Of a stretch of 64,000 bases of DNA, positions 9,739 to 17,850 are shown piece after piece. The translations under genes and the position numbers were made by a program. The notes under the pieces are model-generated. The model made no database searches. It had not been told where the DNA came from and saw only the letters and a program-made list of their open reading frames with translations. The DNA is from Acidimicrobiales bacterium (GTDB taxonomy: Bacteria > Actinomycetota > Acidimicrobiia > Acidimicrobiales > RAAP-2). Location: NCBI GenBank assembly GCA_035551835.1, contig DASZMN010000072.1:8573-72572 (forward strand), written 5' to 3'. Positions within the stretch are counted from its first letter, which is position 1, and each line of letters begins with the position of its first letter.

Positions 9739-11349
9739 TCAGTTGATGGCCCGCTCTTGGGCCGCCCAGTACGGAGCCCGCAGCTCGCGCTTGAGGATCT
9801 TGCCGGAAGGATTGCGAGGCAAAGCTTCCGCCCTGTCGACGGAGGTCGGACACTTGTAGTGCGCCAAGTTCGCACGGCAGTGCGTCATCAGGTCCGTATC
9901 GCTCATTTCCGTGCCCGGTGCGACGACGACGACGGCCTTGACGGTTTCACCCCACTTCGGATCAGGGACCCCGATGACCGCCGCGTCGACGACCGCCGGG
10001 TGCGAAAGAAGGACGTTCTCGACTTCCGCCGGATAGATATTCTCGCCTCCGCTCACGATCATGTCCTTTATCCGATCGTGTAGGTACAGATAGCCCTCTG
10101 CGTTGAAATAGCCGGCGTCACCGGTGCGCAGCCATCCTGCGCTGTCGATGGTCAAGGCCGTCTCGTCGGGCTTCCGCCAGTAGCCCGCCATGTTGTAGGC
10201 AGATCGAGTCTGCACCTCCCCGACCTCACCGGCCTGGACCACGTCTCCCGAGTCGGGGTCGACGATCCTGATCTCCACGGAGTCAAGCGGCTTGCCCGCC
10301 GATCTGAGGAGGCCGCGCCGGGGCCCATCCGGATCGTGGTCTTCGAACGGGAGCGACACGATGGCACCAGTGGTTTCTGTCATCCCGTAGACCTGGCAGA
10401 ACCCACAGCCGAAGGCCCCCATGCACTTTACGAGCACGTCCTCGGAGATCGCCGACGCACCGTAAAAGATCAACCGCACGCTCGAGAGGTCCGTCGTGGC
10501 TAACGACGGGGTTGCCAGGAGCACCATGAGCACGGCCGGGACCAGGAACATCTCGGTGATGTGCTCCGCCGCGATCAGCCGCAACAAAAGATCAGGATCG
10601 ACATCACGAAGGATGATCGAACGACCTCCTCGTGACATGGCGCAGAGCGCCCACCCGGAACCACCGATGTGGAACAGCGGCATGGCAACGAGGCTCACCG
10701 TGTCGTCGGAGACGTTGAAGGTGTGATTGGCACCCGCAACCGCCTTCGACAAATTCTCGTTGGTCAGCATGACGCCCTTGGGCAACCCGGTCGTGCCGGA
10801 CGTGTAGAGCTGCATACTTACCTCATCGGCTGTGCCGACGTGACCAAGGTCTTCGGGCGGGCATCCCTCGACCCATTGCTCGAACGTCACCGAACGCGGA
10901 TCACTGCAGTGCGCGGAGCCGACGTCGCCGATCAACACGATCCGGCGGACGCTCTCCAAGCCATTCGTCATGTCCGACAAAACCCCGAGATAGTCGGTGT
11001 GCACGACCAACACCGCGGCTTGGGAATCATCGATGATCGCGGTCATTTCGGCGGGTGCGAGGCGCCAGTTCACCGCGACATTAACCGCTCCGATCAGTGA
11101 ACCACCGAAGAGGAAATCGAAGTACGCGATGCCGTTGCGATCGAGGAACGCTATGCGATCACCGACGGCGACACCCTCGCGCTTGGCCGCCTGCGCGACA
11201 CGACACGCCATGTCGTATTCCTCGCCCCACGTCCGACGCTGCCCGCCGAGAACGAGCATCTCGTGATCGGGTTGTACGTGAGCCAGATGTCGGATCATCC
11301 CGGCCACCGTGTAGCGCTCCTGTTCGGCGACAACGACGCTCGACGGCAC
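9739..11349 (-). CDS. AMP-dependent acyl-CoA synthetase/ligase (FadD-like)
   Basis: LYTSGTTGLPKGV AMP-binding motif, GWLRTGD, C-terminal PRNPSGKILKREL. GGAGG lies 6 nt before the GTG start. Confidence 0.9.
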   Translation of the reverse strand: MPSSVVVAEQERYTVAGMIRHLAHVQPDHEMLVLGGQRRTWGEEYDMACRVAQAAKREGVAVGDRIAFLDRNGIAYFDFLFGGSLIGAVNVAVNWRLAPAEMTAIIDDSQAAVLVVHTDYLGVLSDMTNGLESVRRIVLIGDVGSAHCSDPRSVTFEQWVEGCPPEDLGHVGTADEVSMQLYTSGTTGLPKGVMLTNENLSKAVAGANHTFNVSDDTVSLVAMPLFHIGGSGWALCAMSRGGRSIILRDVDPDLLLRLIAAEHITEMFLVPAVLMVLLATPSLATTDLSSVRLIFYGASAISEDVLVKCMGAFGCGFCQVYGMTETTGAIVSLPFEDHDPDGPRRGLLRSAGKPLDSVEIRIVDPDSGDVVQAGEVGEVQTRSAYNMAGYWRKPDETALTIDSAGWLRTGDAGYFNAEGYLYLHDRIKDMIVSGGENIYPAEVENVLLSHPAVVDAAVIGVPDPKWGETVKAVVVVAPGTEMSDTDLMTHCRANLAHYKCPTSVDRAEALPRNPSGKILKRELRAPYWAAQERAIN

Positions 11350-11541
11350 TGACGACCTCCCCGGAACTGCCGATGGTTCGGGACGGACCCTAGATGCCGC
11401 TGCGTTCGCCCTTCGCCTGGGAGCATGCCCAGGCGGTTCTCCTTCGATGATGCGTCATCGCTACTGGTCAAACGCTTTTTTCGGAATTGAGCAAATATTT
11501 ATCCCAGCCATTCACTTAAAACAGCGCCCACGACCTGGTGG

Positions 11542-11561
11542 TTTGTGATTGATATCACAAA
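11542..11561. promoter_or_regulatory. 8-4-8 inverted repeat TTTGTGAT-tgat-ATCACAAA (operator-like) in a long AT-richer intergenic region
   Basis: The arms are perfectly complementary. It is immediately followed by AAAGGAG and an 11-codon mini-ORF. Confidence 0.4.
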
Positions 11562-11925
11562 GGAGTCGGATGAAATCCCTGGTCAGAGCGGTGATCCACG
11601 GATGAACGCCGGTTCTGGTCACCCGGCTGCTACATTGTTCACCGTAAAGCCTGATTGGCCTTTCCGCATCATGCCGTGAGCAGAGGCTCCCGCTCCATAC
11701 GGATAACACGGGCCTGATCAGTACTGCCAAGCCCCCCCTGTGGAGTCGGCCCGCCTGCCTGCCGGCAGGAACCGTGGTCGCCACAGACGAGAACTGACGA
11801 ATAGAGGACCTCCCGACAGAGCCATCCCTGGGCTGTACAACACCGGCCGCACACCCTGCGGCGATGAGCCAGAACGGACGACGCCTACCGCTCTCCGTTC
11901 GGGGCGCGAATGCAAAAGGCCGGAG

Positions 11926-11984
11926 CCCGCCCTACACCGAGCAGAGCCTGGCGCGCCGATGCGCGCTCGACGAAGGGAGGTGCC
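11926..11984 (+). promoter_or_regulatory. conserved 5' leader (copy 1) with a GC hairpin abutting the SD of the transglycosylase-like gene
   Basis: CCCGCCCUACACCGAGC...GGCGCGC-CGAU-GCGCGCU...GAAGGGAGG is near-identical in layout to 12600-12658 upstream of the paralog. Confidence 0.4.
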
Positions 11985-12587
11985 GTGCGGATCCGCATTG
12001 CACTCGCGACGGCAGCAGCCGTCCTTGTCATTCCAGTAGTTCTTTTCACGTTCCTCAGCAGCAGCCGCAGTCCCGCCGCGCCGCCAGCGGCCAACCACGT
12101 TGCGGGAAGTCGGCACGTTGCCGGAGGCCGACACCGCGCCGCGAGGATCGACATGAAGCTCATGTCGTACGCCGAGGCGCAGAAGTTGGCGAAGGTCGCG
12201 ACCTTTTACAACGCAGTCACCGCGCAGGAAGAGGCGAACTATCTCAAAGCGGTCAGCTTTTTGAAGGCGCTTGCCGTGCAGCAGGCCGCGGCCGCCAGAG
12301 CAAAGGCCGCGCTCGTTGCTGCGCCCGCCCCGTCGGACGGCGGCGCGGACGCCACCAGCACCGACACCGCCGAATGGGCGTGTATCCGCCAGCACGAGTC
12401 CGGCGGCAACTACTCCGAAGGTGGAGGCGGCGCCTACCAGTTCGAGCTTGGGACGTGGGAAGGCCTGACCGGTCTTGGCACCCCGGCTGAGGACTCTCCG
12501 GCGGGGGTGCAGGACGCTGCTGCGCTCAAGCTCTTTTCTGAGCGGGGTTGGACGCCATGGACGACCCGTTACGTGTGTGGGCTGTGA
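11985..12587 (+). CDS. secreted transglycosylase-like domain protein (Rpf-related cell-wall hydrolase)
   Basis: GTG 11985 follows GAAGGGAGG. N-terminal signal/TM RIRIALATAAAVLVIPVVLF. C-terminal WACIRQHESGGNY...GAYQFELGTW transglycosylase-like motif. Confidence 0.8.
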   Translation: MRIRIALATAAAVLVIPVVLFTFLSSSRSPAAPPAANHVAGSRHVAGGRHRAARIDMKLMSYAEAQKLAKVATFYNAVTAQEEANYLKAVSFLKALAVQQAAAARAKAALVAAPAPSDGGADATSTDTAEWACIRQHESGGNYSEGGGGAYQFELGTWEGLTGLGTPAEDSPAGVQDAAALKLFSERGWTPWTTRYVCGL

Positions 12588-12599
12588 GGACCCCCATCG

Positions 12600-12658
12600 C
12601 CCGCCCTACGCCGAGCCGAACCAGGCGCGCACACGCGCGCCCGAAGAAAGGAGGCGCC
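12600..12658 (+). promoter_or_regulatory. conserved 5' leader (copy 2) with perfect hairpin GGCGCGC-ACAC-GCGCGCC before the SD
   Basis: Aligns with 11926-11984. The hairpin is at 12624-12641, followed by GAAAGGAGG and the ATG at 12659. Confidence 0.4.
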
Positions 12659-13138
12659 ATGCGATTCCGCATTGCACTCGCGACGGCGATCGCCGTCTTT
12701 TCCGTTCCACTGTTCCTTTTCGGGATCTCCGGCGGCAGCCCCGCCGCCTCGGCACCAGGCACCCGCCACACGGCGGCGAGCCAGGAGCGGCCCCGGAAAG
12801 TCGGGATGAAGCTGATGTCCTACGACCAGGAGGCCAAGCTGGTGGAGTTCGCCAACGCGGTCGAGGCCAATCAGCTCAAGAATTACCTGCAACTCGCCGC
12901 CTTCCTCGAGGCGGTCGCAAAATCGGAGAACACCATCCCGGCCGCGTGGATGCCGACGGCGATCTGCGAAGAGGGCGGCCGTGACGACCCCACCGCCGGG
13001 TACTTCGGCATCCGCGAGTGGAACGGCTTCGATGGCTACCCCACGGCCGGCAGCGCGCCGTTGTCGGTACAGCTGGCCTGGGAAGCCCGGTACATCGGCG
13101 GACCGCCCGACGCACCCGGACAGTGCCACAGCTACTGA
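12659..13138 (+). CDS. Rpf (resuscitation-promoting factor)-like secreted muralytic protein
   Basis: ATG 12659 follows AAGGAGG. The signal MRFRIALATAIAVFSVPLFLF is homologous to the upstream paralog. C-terminal AICEEGG...GYFGIREW...QLAWEARY...CHSY resembles the Rpf lysozyme-like domain. Confidence 0.7.
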   Translation: MRFRIALATAIAVFSVPLFLFGISGGSPAASAPGTRHTAASQERPRKVGMKLMSYDQEAKLVEFANAVEANQLKNYLQLAAFLEAVAKSENTIPAAWMPTAICEEGGRDDPTAGYFGIREWNGFDGYPTAGSAPLSVQLAWEARYIGGPPDAPGQCHSY

Positions 13139-13177
13139 GTCGTCGCCTCCCTGCCGGGTCGGACTGTTGCGTCGGAC

Positions 13178-13552
13178 CTACGCGATTTCGAAGATGGCGG
13201 TGACCTGTGCCATGTCGAAATAGTCCCGCCACGCACTGATCTTCCCGTCGACAACGTTGAACGCACCCATAACGGGAAGAGGGGCGGTCTTCCCCTTCAT
13301 GGTGAAGGTGTCGGTCCTCTCGGTGAGGACAGTGGAACCGTCCGTCGCCAGGTGGTGCACCTCGAACTCGAGGGCATCGCACATGCCCATGAACATGTTG
13401 ATCACCGCCATGGTCGCCTCGATACCCTCGGCGGGCTCCATCGGGATGTTGTGGTACACGATGTCGTCCGAGAAGAAGGAGCGCAGCGCCTCGGGGTCTC
13501 GGCTGCTTGCAGCGGTGCAGAAGTCACGGACAACCTGTTCGGCGCTGGGCAT
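13178..13552 (-). CDS. SnoaL/NTF2-like protein (limonene-1,2-epoxide hydrolase family)
   Basis: 124 aa starting at MPSAEQVVRDFCTAASSRDPEALRSFFSDDIVYHNIP. Only the last 124 codons of the 422-aa ORF look real. Confidence 0.7.
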   Translation of the reverse strand: MPSAEQVVRDFCTAASSRDPEALRSFFSDDIVYHNIPMEPAEGIEATMAVINMFMGMCDALEFEVHHLATDGSTVLTERTDTFTMKGKTAPLPVMGAFNVVDGKISAWRDYFDMAQVTAIFEIA

Positions 13553-13612
13553 GATGCTCCTCTCGTCGGGCCAGGCAGCACACGGTAGCCAACCATCCGC
13601 CATGATGATGGG

Positions 13613-14326
13613 GTGACGACGACAGAGAGGCGGGTCGCCGTGCTCGCTCCGATGAAGCCCGAGTTGAAGGCGATCGTGAAGTCCTTCTCGCTCAAGCCCA
13701 CGCCCGACGATCACGTGTTCTCGCACGCGGGCCGGGCCGGGTCGTGGGGGGTCGCCGCACTCGTGACCGGCATGGGCCCCGCCCTGGCAAGGGACGCAAC
13801 CCGCAAGGCGTTGGCCGCCGGGTCCTTCGACCACGTCATGGTCATCGGCATCGCGGGCGGACTCGACCCGGCCCTCCCGGTCGGATCGCTCATGGTGCCG
13901 GGCCGGGTACAGCTCTACCCCGACGGACCCGAATTCCAGGCCCATCCACTTCCGCCAAGGCAGGCGCAGGGCGCGTTGATGACAACCGACGGCCTGTTCG
14001 ACAACGACACGGTGTGGCAGCCGATCCTCGAACGGGGGTTCGGCGCGGTGGATATGGAGGCCGCCGGCGTGGCCGAGGTTTGCGAGGCCGAAGGGGTCCC
14101 CTGGTCCATCTATCGCGGCATCAGCGACCGCCCGGACGAGCACATCGTCGACCAAGCCGTCTTCTCCCTGAGCAAGCGGGACGGCTCCGCCGACCCTGTC
14201 GCCGTGGCCAAATACCTGGCACGCGACCCCCGGCGGGCCAAGGCGCTCGCGCACCTCAACCGCTGCATGCAGGAGGCGGCGAGCCGGGCCGCCGACGCCG
14301 CCTACGCCGACCTGACCGGAAGCTAA
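13613..14326 (+). CDS. PNP_UDP_1 family nucleosidase (MTA/SAH nucleosidase- or futalosine hydrolase-like)
   Basis: VAVLAPMKPEL..., VIGIAGGLDP, AVDMEAAGVAEVC and RGISDRPDE motifs are typical of the nucleoside phosphorylase superfamily. Confidence 0.7.
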   Translation: MTTTERRVAVLAPMKPELKAIVKSFSLKPTPDDHVFSHAGRAGSWGVAALVTGMGPALARDATRKALAAGSFDHVMVIGIAGGLDPALPVGSLMVPGRVQLYPDGPEFQAHPLPPRQAQGALMTTDGLFDNDTVWQPILERGFGAVDMEAAGVAEVCEAEGVPWSIYRGISDRPDEHIVDQAVFSLSKRDGSADPVAVAKYLARDPRRAKALAHLNRCMQEAASRAADAAYADLTGS

Positions 14327-14580
14327 CCCACGTCGTCGGCGCTCGGGCGCTCGCCCGGCACGTCGATCACGTGCACGTCGAAGTCGTTCTCCGACGCCAT
14401 GCGGAGAATCGTCTGGATCACCGAGCTTCGCGTCATCGACTGCCAACGGGTGAGCCGCGAGGTCCCGAGGACGATCTGCGTGATCTGCTGATCGACGGCG
14501 GCGGCGAAGATCGTCTTGGCGACGTCGTCACCCGCCATCGTTTGCCAAGTTCCACCGACGTCCCGCACGAGCTCCTGCAA
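14323..14580 (-). pseudogene. kdpD: isolated C-terminal half of a KdpD-type Usp domain (kdpD remnant)
   Basis: ELVRDVGGTWQTMAGDDVAKTIFAAAVDQQITQIVLGTSRLTRWQSMTRSSVIQTILRMASENDFDVHVI parallels the E. coli KdpD Usp segment LAQELGAE...AREHNLGKIILGRPASRRWW...DLDQVLVAL. No KdpD N-domain, TM region or kinase domain is present. Confidence 0.55.
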
Positions 14581-14589
14581 CGGCCAGCG

Positions 14590-14691
14590 TCAGGATCGTC
14601 CAGAAATAGCCCATCCAGGTCGGAACCACTCGGGCTTGAACATGGCAATGCCCAGGTAGATGAAGACCAGGATCGACACGCCCAGCAGCAA
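14590..14691 (-). pseudogene. kdpF: kdpF-like small hydrophobic ORF with an apparent stop-loss extension, followed by the first ~11 codons of a kdpA-like gene
   Basis: LLLGVSILVFIYLGIAMFKPEWF resembles KdpF (hydrophobic helix ending ..PE+F). The codon after F is CGA where TGA is expected. ATGGGCTATTTCTGG (MGYFWTILTLA) starts 8 nt later, as kdpA normally does. Confidence 0.4.
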
Positions 14692-14794
14692 GCCTTGGGG
14701 GGTGTGAACCCGATGTCAACGCGGCGGGGGGCGCCCTTAACAAATCGTCAACGGGCGGTCCGCTGCGTAAGGTGAGGCCGTCGGGTGATCGAAA

Positions 14795-15616
14795 GTGGGG
14801 TGGACGATGGCGCTGGACCTGGAGGGGTGTCGCACGTTGGTGACGGGAGGCTCGTCGGGCATCGGGGCCGGCCTGGCCGTGGCGCTCGCCGAGCGGGGCG
14901 CGGTGGTGGGCATCTGCGCTCGCCGAGCGGACCGCCTGTCCGAGGTGGTCGGACGCTGCATGGAGTACTCGCCCGACAGCCGCATGTGGGTGGTCAACCT
15001 GGCGGACATCAACGCGGTCGATCGGCTGGCGGTCGACGTCATCGACGCCTTCGGCGGGGTGGACCTCCTGATCAACAACGCCGGCATCCCCAAGCGCCGC
15101 CACGTCACCGCGCTCGACATCGACACCATCACGGCCGTGATGCACGTCAACTACCTGTCCCCGGTCCGGCTGACCATGGCGCTTCTGCCCCAGATGCTGG
15201 CGCGGGGGTCGGGCACCGTCGTCAACGTCTCGTCGATCGCAGCCAAGCTCAGCGCCCCAGGCGAAGCCGCCTACGACGCGTCCAAGGCGGCGCTCACCGC
15301 GTTCTCCGAGGCGATGGCCGTGGACCTGTGGGAGGACGGGATCAAGGTGATGGTCGTCTACCCCGGCGTGATCGACACCGAGCTGTTCACCCTGCCCGAC
15401 AACGACGTGCCCGACCTGCCGGTTGCCGCCGAACCGGTGTCGGTGGCCGTGGACGCCATCCTGGCCGGCCTCGGGGCCGGCGCCGCCCAGGTCTACGTGC
15501 CCGAGTGGTTCCACGGTGTGACCGCCAACAAGGAGAAGGACGTAGGCGCGTTCCTCGAGGGCACGGCGGCGTACCTGCGGGACCAGAAACGGAAAAAGGC
15601 CGAGGCCCAGGCGTGA
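14795..15616 (+). CDS. short-chain dehydrogenase/reductase (SDR)
   Basis: TGGSSGIGAG (TGxxxGxG), NNAG, YDASK (YxxxK). The start could be the ATG at 14807. Confidence 0.85.
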   Translation: MGWTMALDLEGCRTLVTGGSSGIGAGLAVALAERGAVVGICARRADRLSEVVGRCMEYSPDSRMWVVNLADINAVDRLAVDVIDAFGGVDLLINNAGIPKRRHVTALDIDTITAVMHVNYLSPVRLTMALLPQMLARGSGTVVNVSSIAAKLSAPGEAAYDASKAALTAFSEAMAVDLWEDGIKVMVVYPGVIDTELFTLPDNDVPDLPVAAEPVSVAVDAILAGLGAGAAQVYVPEWFHGVTANKEKDVGAFLEGTAAYLRDQKRKKAEAQA

Positions 15617-15664
15617 GCGAGCGCAGCGGCACGGGCACGGGCGAGCGCAGGCAAGGGTGAGCGA

Positions 15665-16894
15665 ATGAATTCGGAATTGAAGGTCGAGCCCGACGCCGCC
15701 GGCATGCGCGATGACCGCCTGGAGCGCATCACCGAGCACTTCGGGCCCAACTACGTCGACACCGGGAAGATCACCGGATGCCAGATCACCGTGGTGCGGG
15801 GCGGCCATGTCGCCTACGCCCGCTCCCTCGGTCTGATGGACCGGGAGCGGACGCTCCCGATGGCGGACGACGCCATCTTCCGGATCTATTCCATGACCAA
15901 GCCCATCGCCTCGGTCGCCCTGATGCAGCTGTACGAGCGGGGTGGGTTCCAGCTGCTCGACCCGGTGCACCGCTACATCCCCGAGTGGCGCACCCTGCAG
16001 GTGGCCGAGATGCAGGACGACGGCACCGTCACGCTCGTCAAGCCGCGGCGGCCGATGGACATGCGCGACGTCCTCATGCACACGACGGGGCTTCCCGGCA
16101 GCCTCTTCCCGGACAATCCGGTCGACGAGGGGTTCGCGGCGGCGCGGCGTGCGCTGGGGCCCGACCAGACGCTCGAGAGCGTCACCGCCCTGCTGGCCGA
16201 GCACCCCCTGAAGTTCCACCCCGGCACCCACTGGAACTACGGGCTGTCAACCGACATCGTCGGACGCCTCGTCGAGATCCTCTCGGGCCTGCGATTCGAC
16301 GAGTACCTGCGCCGCGAACTCTTCGAGCCGCTCGGGATGACCGACACTGGGTTCTACGTCCCCGAGGTAGACCTCTCGCGCCTGGCCGCCTGCTACCAGT
16401 ACCGCCCGGCCAACACGCCCCGGCTGATGGAGGGCGAGTTCGCCAACCGGGTGAAGCGCCCGCACCCCTACCTGTCGGGAGCCAGCGGCCTCGTCTCGAC
16501 CACCCACGACTACGTCGCGTTCTGCCAGATGCTGGCGAACGGGGGACAGCTCGACGGCCGCCGCGTGCTCGGGCGCAAGACGATTGAGCTCATGACGGTC
16601 AACCACCTGCCGGGTGGGGCGACGCTGCAGGACCTCGCCATCGGCGGCTTCGGCGAGGGGGGCTTCGAGGGCGTCGGCTTCGGCCTCGGCTTTGCGGTCG
16701 GGCTCGGGCCGGCGGCCACCGCGATGGCCGGCTCGGCGGGCGAGTACTACTGGGGCGGGGCCGCAAGCACCGCGTTCTGGATCGATCCGACCGAGGACCT
16801 CTTCATCGTCTTCATGACGCAGCTCTTCCCGTCGATCGCCTACCCGTTCCGGGCCCAACTGCGGGCGCTGGTGTATCAGGCCATCGACGATTGA
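15665..16894 (+). CDS. serine hydrolase, beta-lactamase/class C esterase family
   Basis: SMTKP (SxxK) active-site motif and length and pattern typical of EstB/AmpC-like hydrolases. SD AAGGGTGAG. Confidence 0.85.
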   Translation: MNSELKVEPDAAGMRDDRLERITEHFGPNYVDTGKITGCQITVVRGGHVAYARSLGLMDRERTLPMADDAIFRIYSMTKPIASVALMQLYERGGFQLLDPVHRYIPEWRTLQVAEMQDDGTVTLVKPRRPMDMRDVLMHTTGLPGSLFPDNPVDEGFAAARRALGPDQTLESVTALLAEHPLKFHPGTHWNYGLSTDIVGRLVEILSGLRFDEYLRRELFEPLGMTDTGFYVPEVDLSRLAACYQYRPANTPRLMEGEFANRVKRPHPYLSGASGLVSTTHDYVAFCQMLANGGQLDGRRVLGRKTIELMTVNHLPGGATLQDLAIGGFGEGGFEGVGFGLGFAVGLGPAATAMAGSAGEYYWGGAASTAFWIDPTEDLFIVFMTQLFPSIAYPFRAQLRALVYQAIDD

Positions 16895-17850
16895 CCGCCG
16901 AACGTCAGGGTCCCCAGGGCCCAGCCGACGCGACCGTCGTCCCCCGCTTCGCCGGCCTCGCGACCTTCGCCCGGCTCCCGACCGTCGACGCAGTGGACAG
17001 GTGGGACATCGCGGTCGCCGGCATCCCCTTTGACGCCGGCACCAGTTACCGGCCGGGCGCCCGTTTCGGGCCGGCGGCGGTGCGCCAGGCGTCCCGGCTG
17101 CTGCGTCCGTACAACCCAGCGCTGAGCGCGCTCCCCTTCGAGCTGACCCAGGTGGTTGACGCCGGCGATCTGGCCTGCACGCCCTTCAGCGCGGAGGAGG
17201 CCGTCGGCCAGATCGAGTCCGCGGCGCGTGCTCTCCTGGCAGACGGGGGCCGACTCGTCGCGGTGGGGGGCGACCACACGGTGGCCTTGCCGCTCCTCCG
17301 GGCCACGGCGGCCCGCCACGGGCCGCTCGCCCTCGTGCACTTCGACGCGCACCTCGACACCTGGGATACCTATTTCGGCCAGCGCTTCACCCACGGCACC
17401 CCGTTCCGGCGCGCCTGGGAGGAGGGACTGTTGCTGCGGGACCACAGCGTGCACGTCGGGCTGCGAGGCCCGCTCTACGCGCGTTCGGACCTGAACGATG
17501 ATGCCGGCATGGGATTCGCACAGATCACGACAGAGCAGGTGTCCGAGCTCGGGGCCGTGGCCGTCACGGAGCGGCTGCGCGAAAGGGTGGGGGATGCACC
17601 CATCTATGTATCGGTGGACATCGACGTGCTCGACCCGGCTCACGCACCCGGTACGGGCACGCCGGAGGCCGGGGGCCTGACTAGCCGAGAGCTCCTTGCG
17701 CTCTTGCGTGGGCTCGCGCCCGCTCGCATCGTCGGCGCCGACGTGGTCGAGGTCTCGCCGGCGTACGACCACGCCGAGATCACAGCGATCGCGGCGTCAC
17801 ACGTGCTGTACGACCTGGTCACTCTGATGGCCCTGCAGGCGCCGCACTGA
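16891..17850 (+). CDS. arginase-fold ureohydrolase (agmatinase / guanidino-acid hydrolase family)
   Basis: [18 protein letters not shown] and [23 protein letters not shown] metal-binding motifs. TTG start overlaps the upstream stop (TTGA). Confidence 0.85.
   Translation: MTAERQGPQGPADATVVPRFAGLATFARLPTVDAVDRWDIAVAGIPFDAGTSYRPGARFGPAAVRQASRLLRPYNPALSALPFELTQVVDAGDLACTPFSAEEAVGQIESAARALLADGGRLVAVGGDHTVALPLLRATAARHGPLALVHFDAHLDTWDTYFGQRFTHGTPFRRAWEEGLLLRDHSVHVGLRGPLYARSDLNDDAGMGFAQITTEQVSELGAVAVTERLRERVGDAPIYVSVDIDVLDPAHAPGTGTPEAGGLTSRELLALLRGLAPARIVGADVVEVSPAYDHAEITAIAASHVLYDLVTLMALQAPH

Noticed and set aside
11700-11800. C7 run and nested hairpins suggested a 6C sRNA, or part of RNase P or another housekeeping RNA.
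   Set aside because: There is only one C-rich loop, whereas 6C has two. None of the conserved RNase P, tmRNA or SRP blocks that I can recall are present on either strand.
13178-14446. 422-aa ORF and its 17819-19177 (452 aa) and 49895-51748 (617 aa) analogues, considered as possible large novel proteins.
   Set aside because: Recognisable domains (SnoaL-like, arginase-fold, VOC) occupy only the C-terminal parts, with good internal starts and SDs. The N-terminal extensions overlap motif-supported genes on the opposite strand and are Arg/Gly/Pro-rich.
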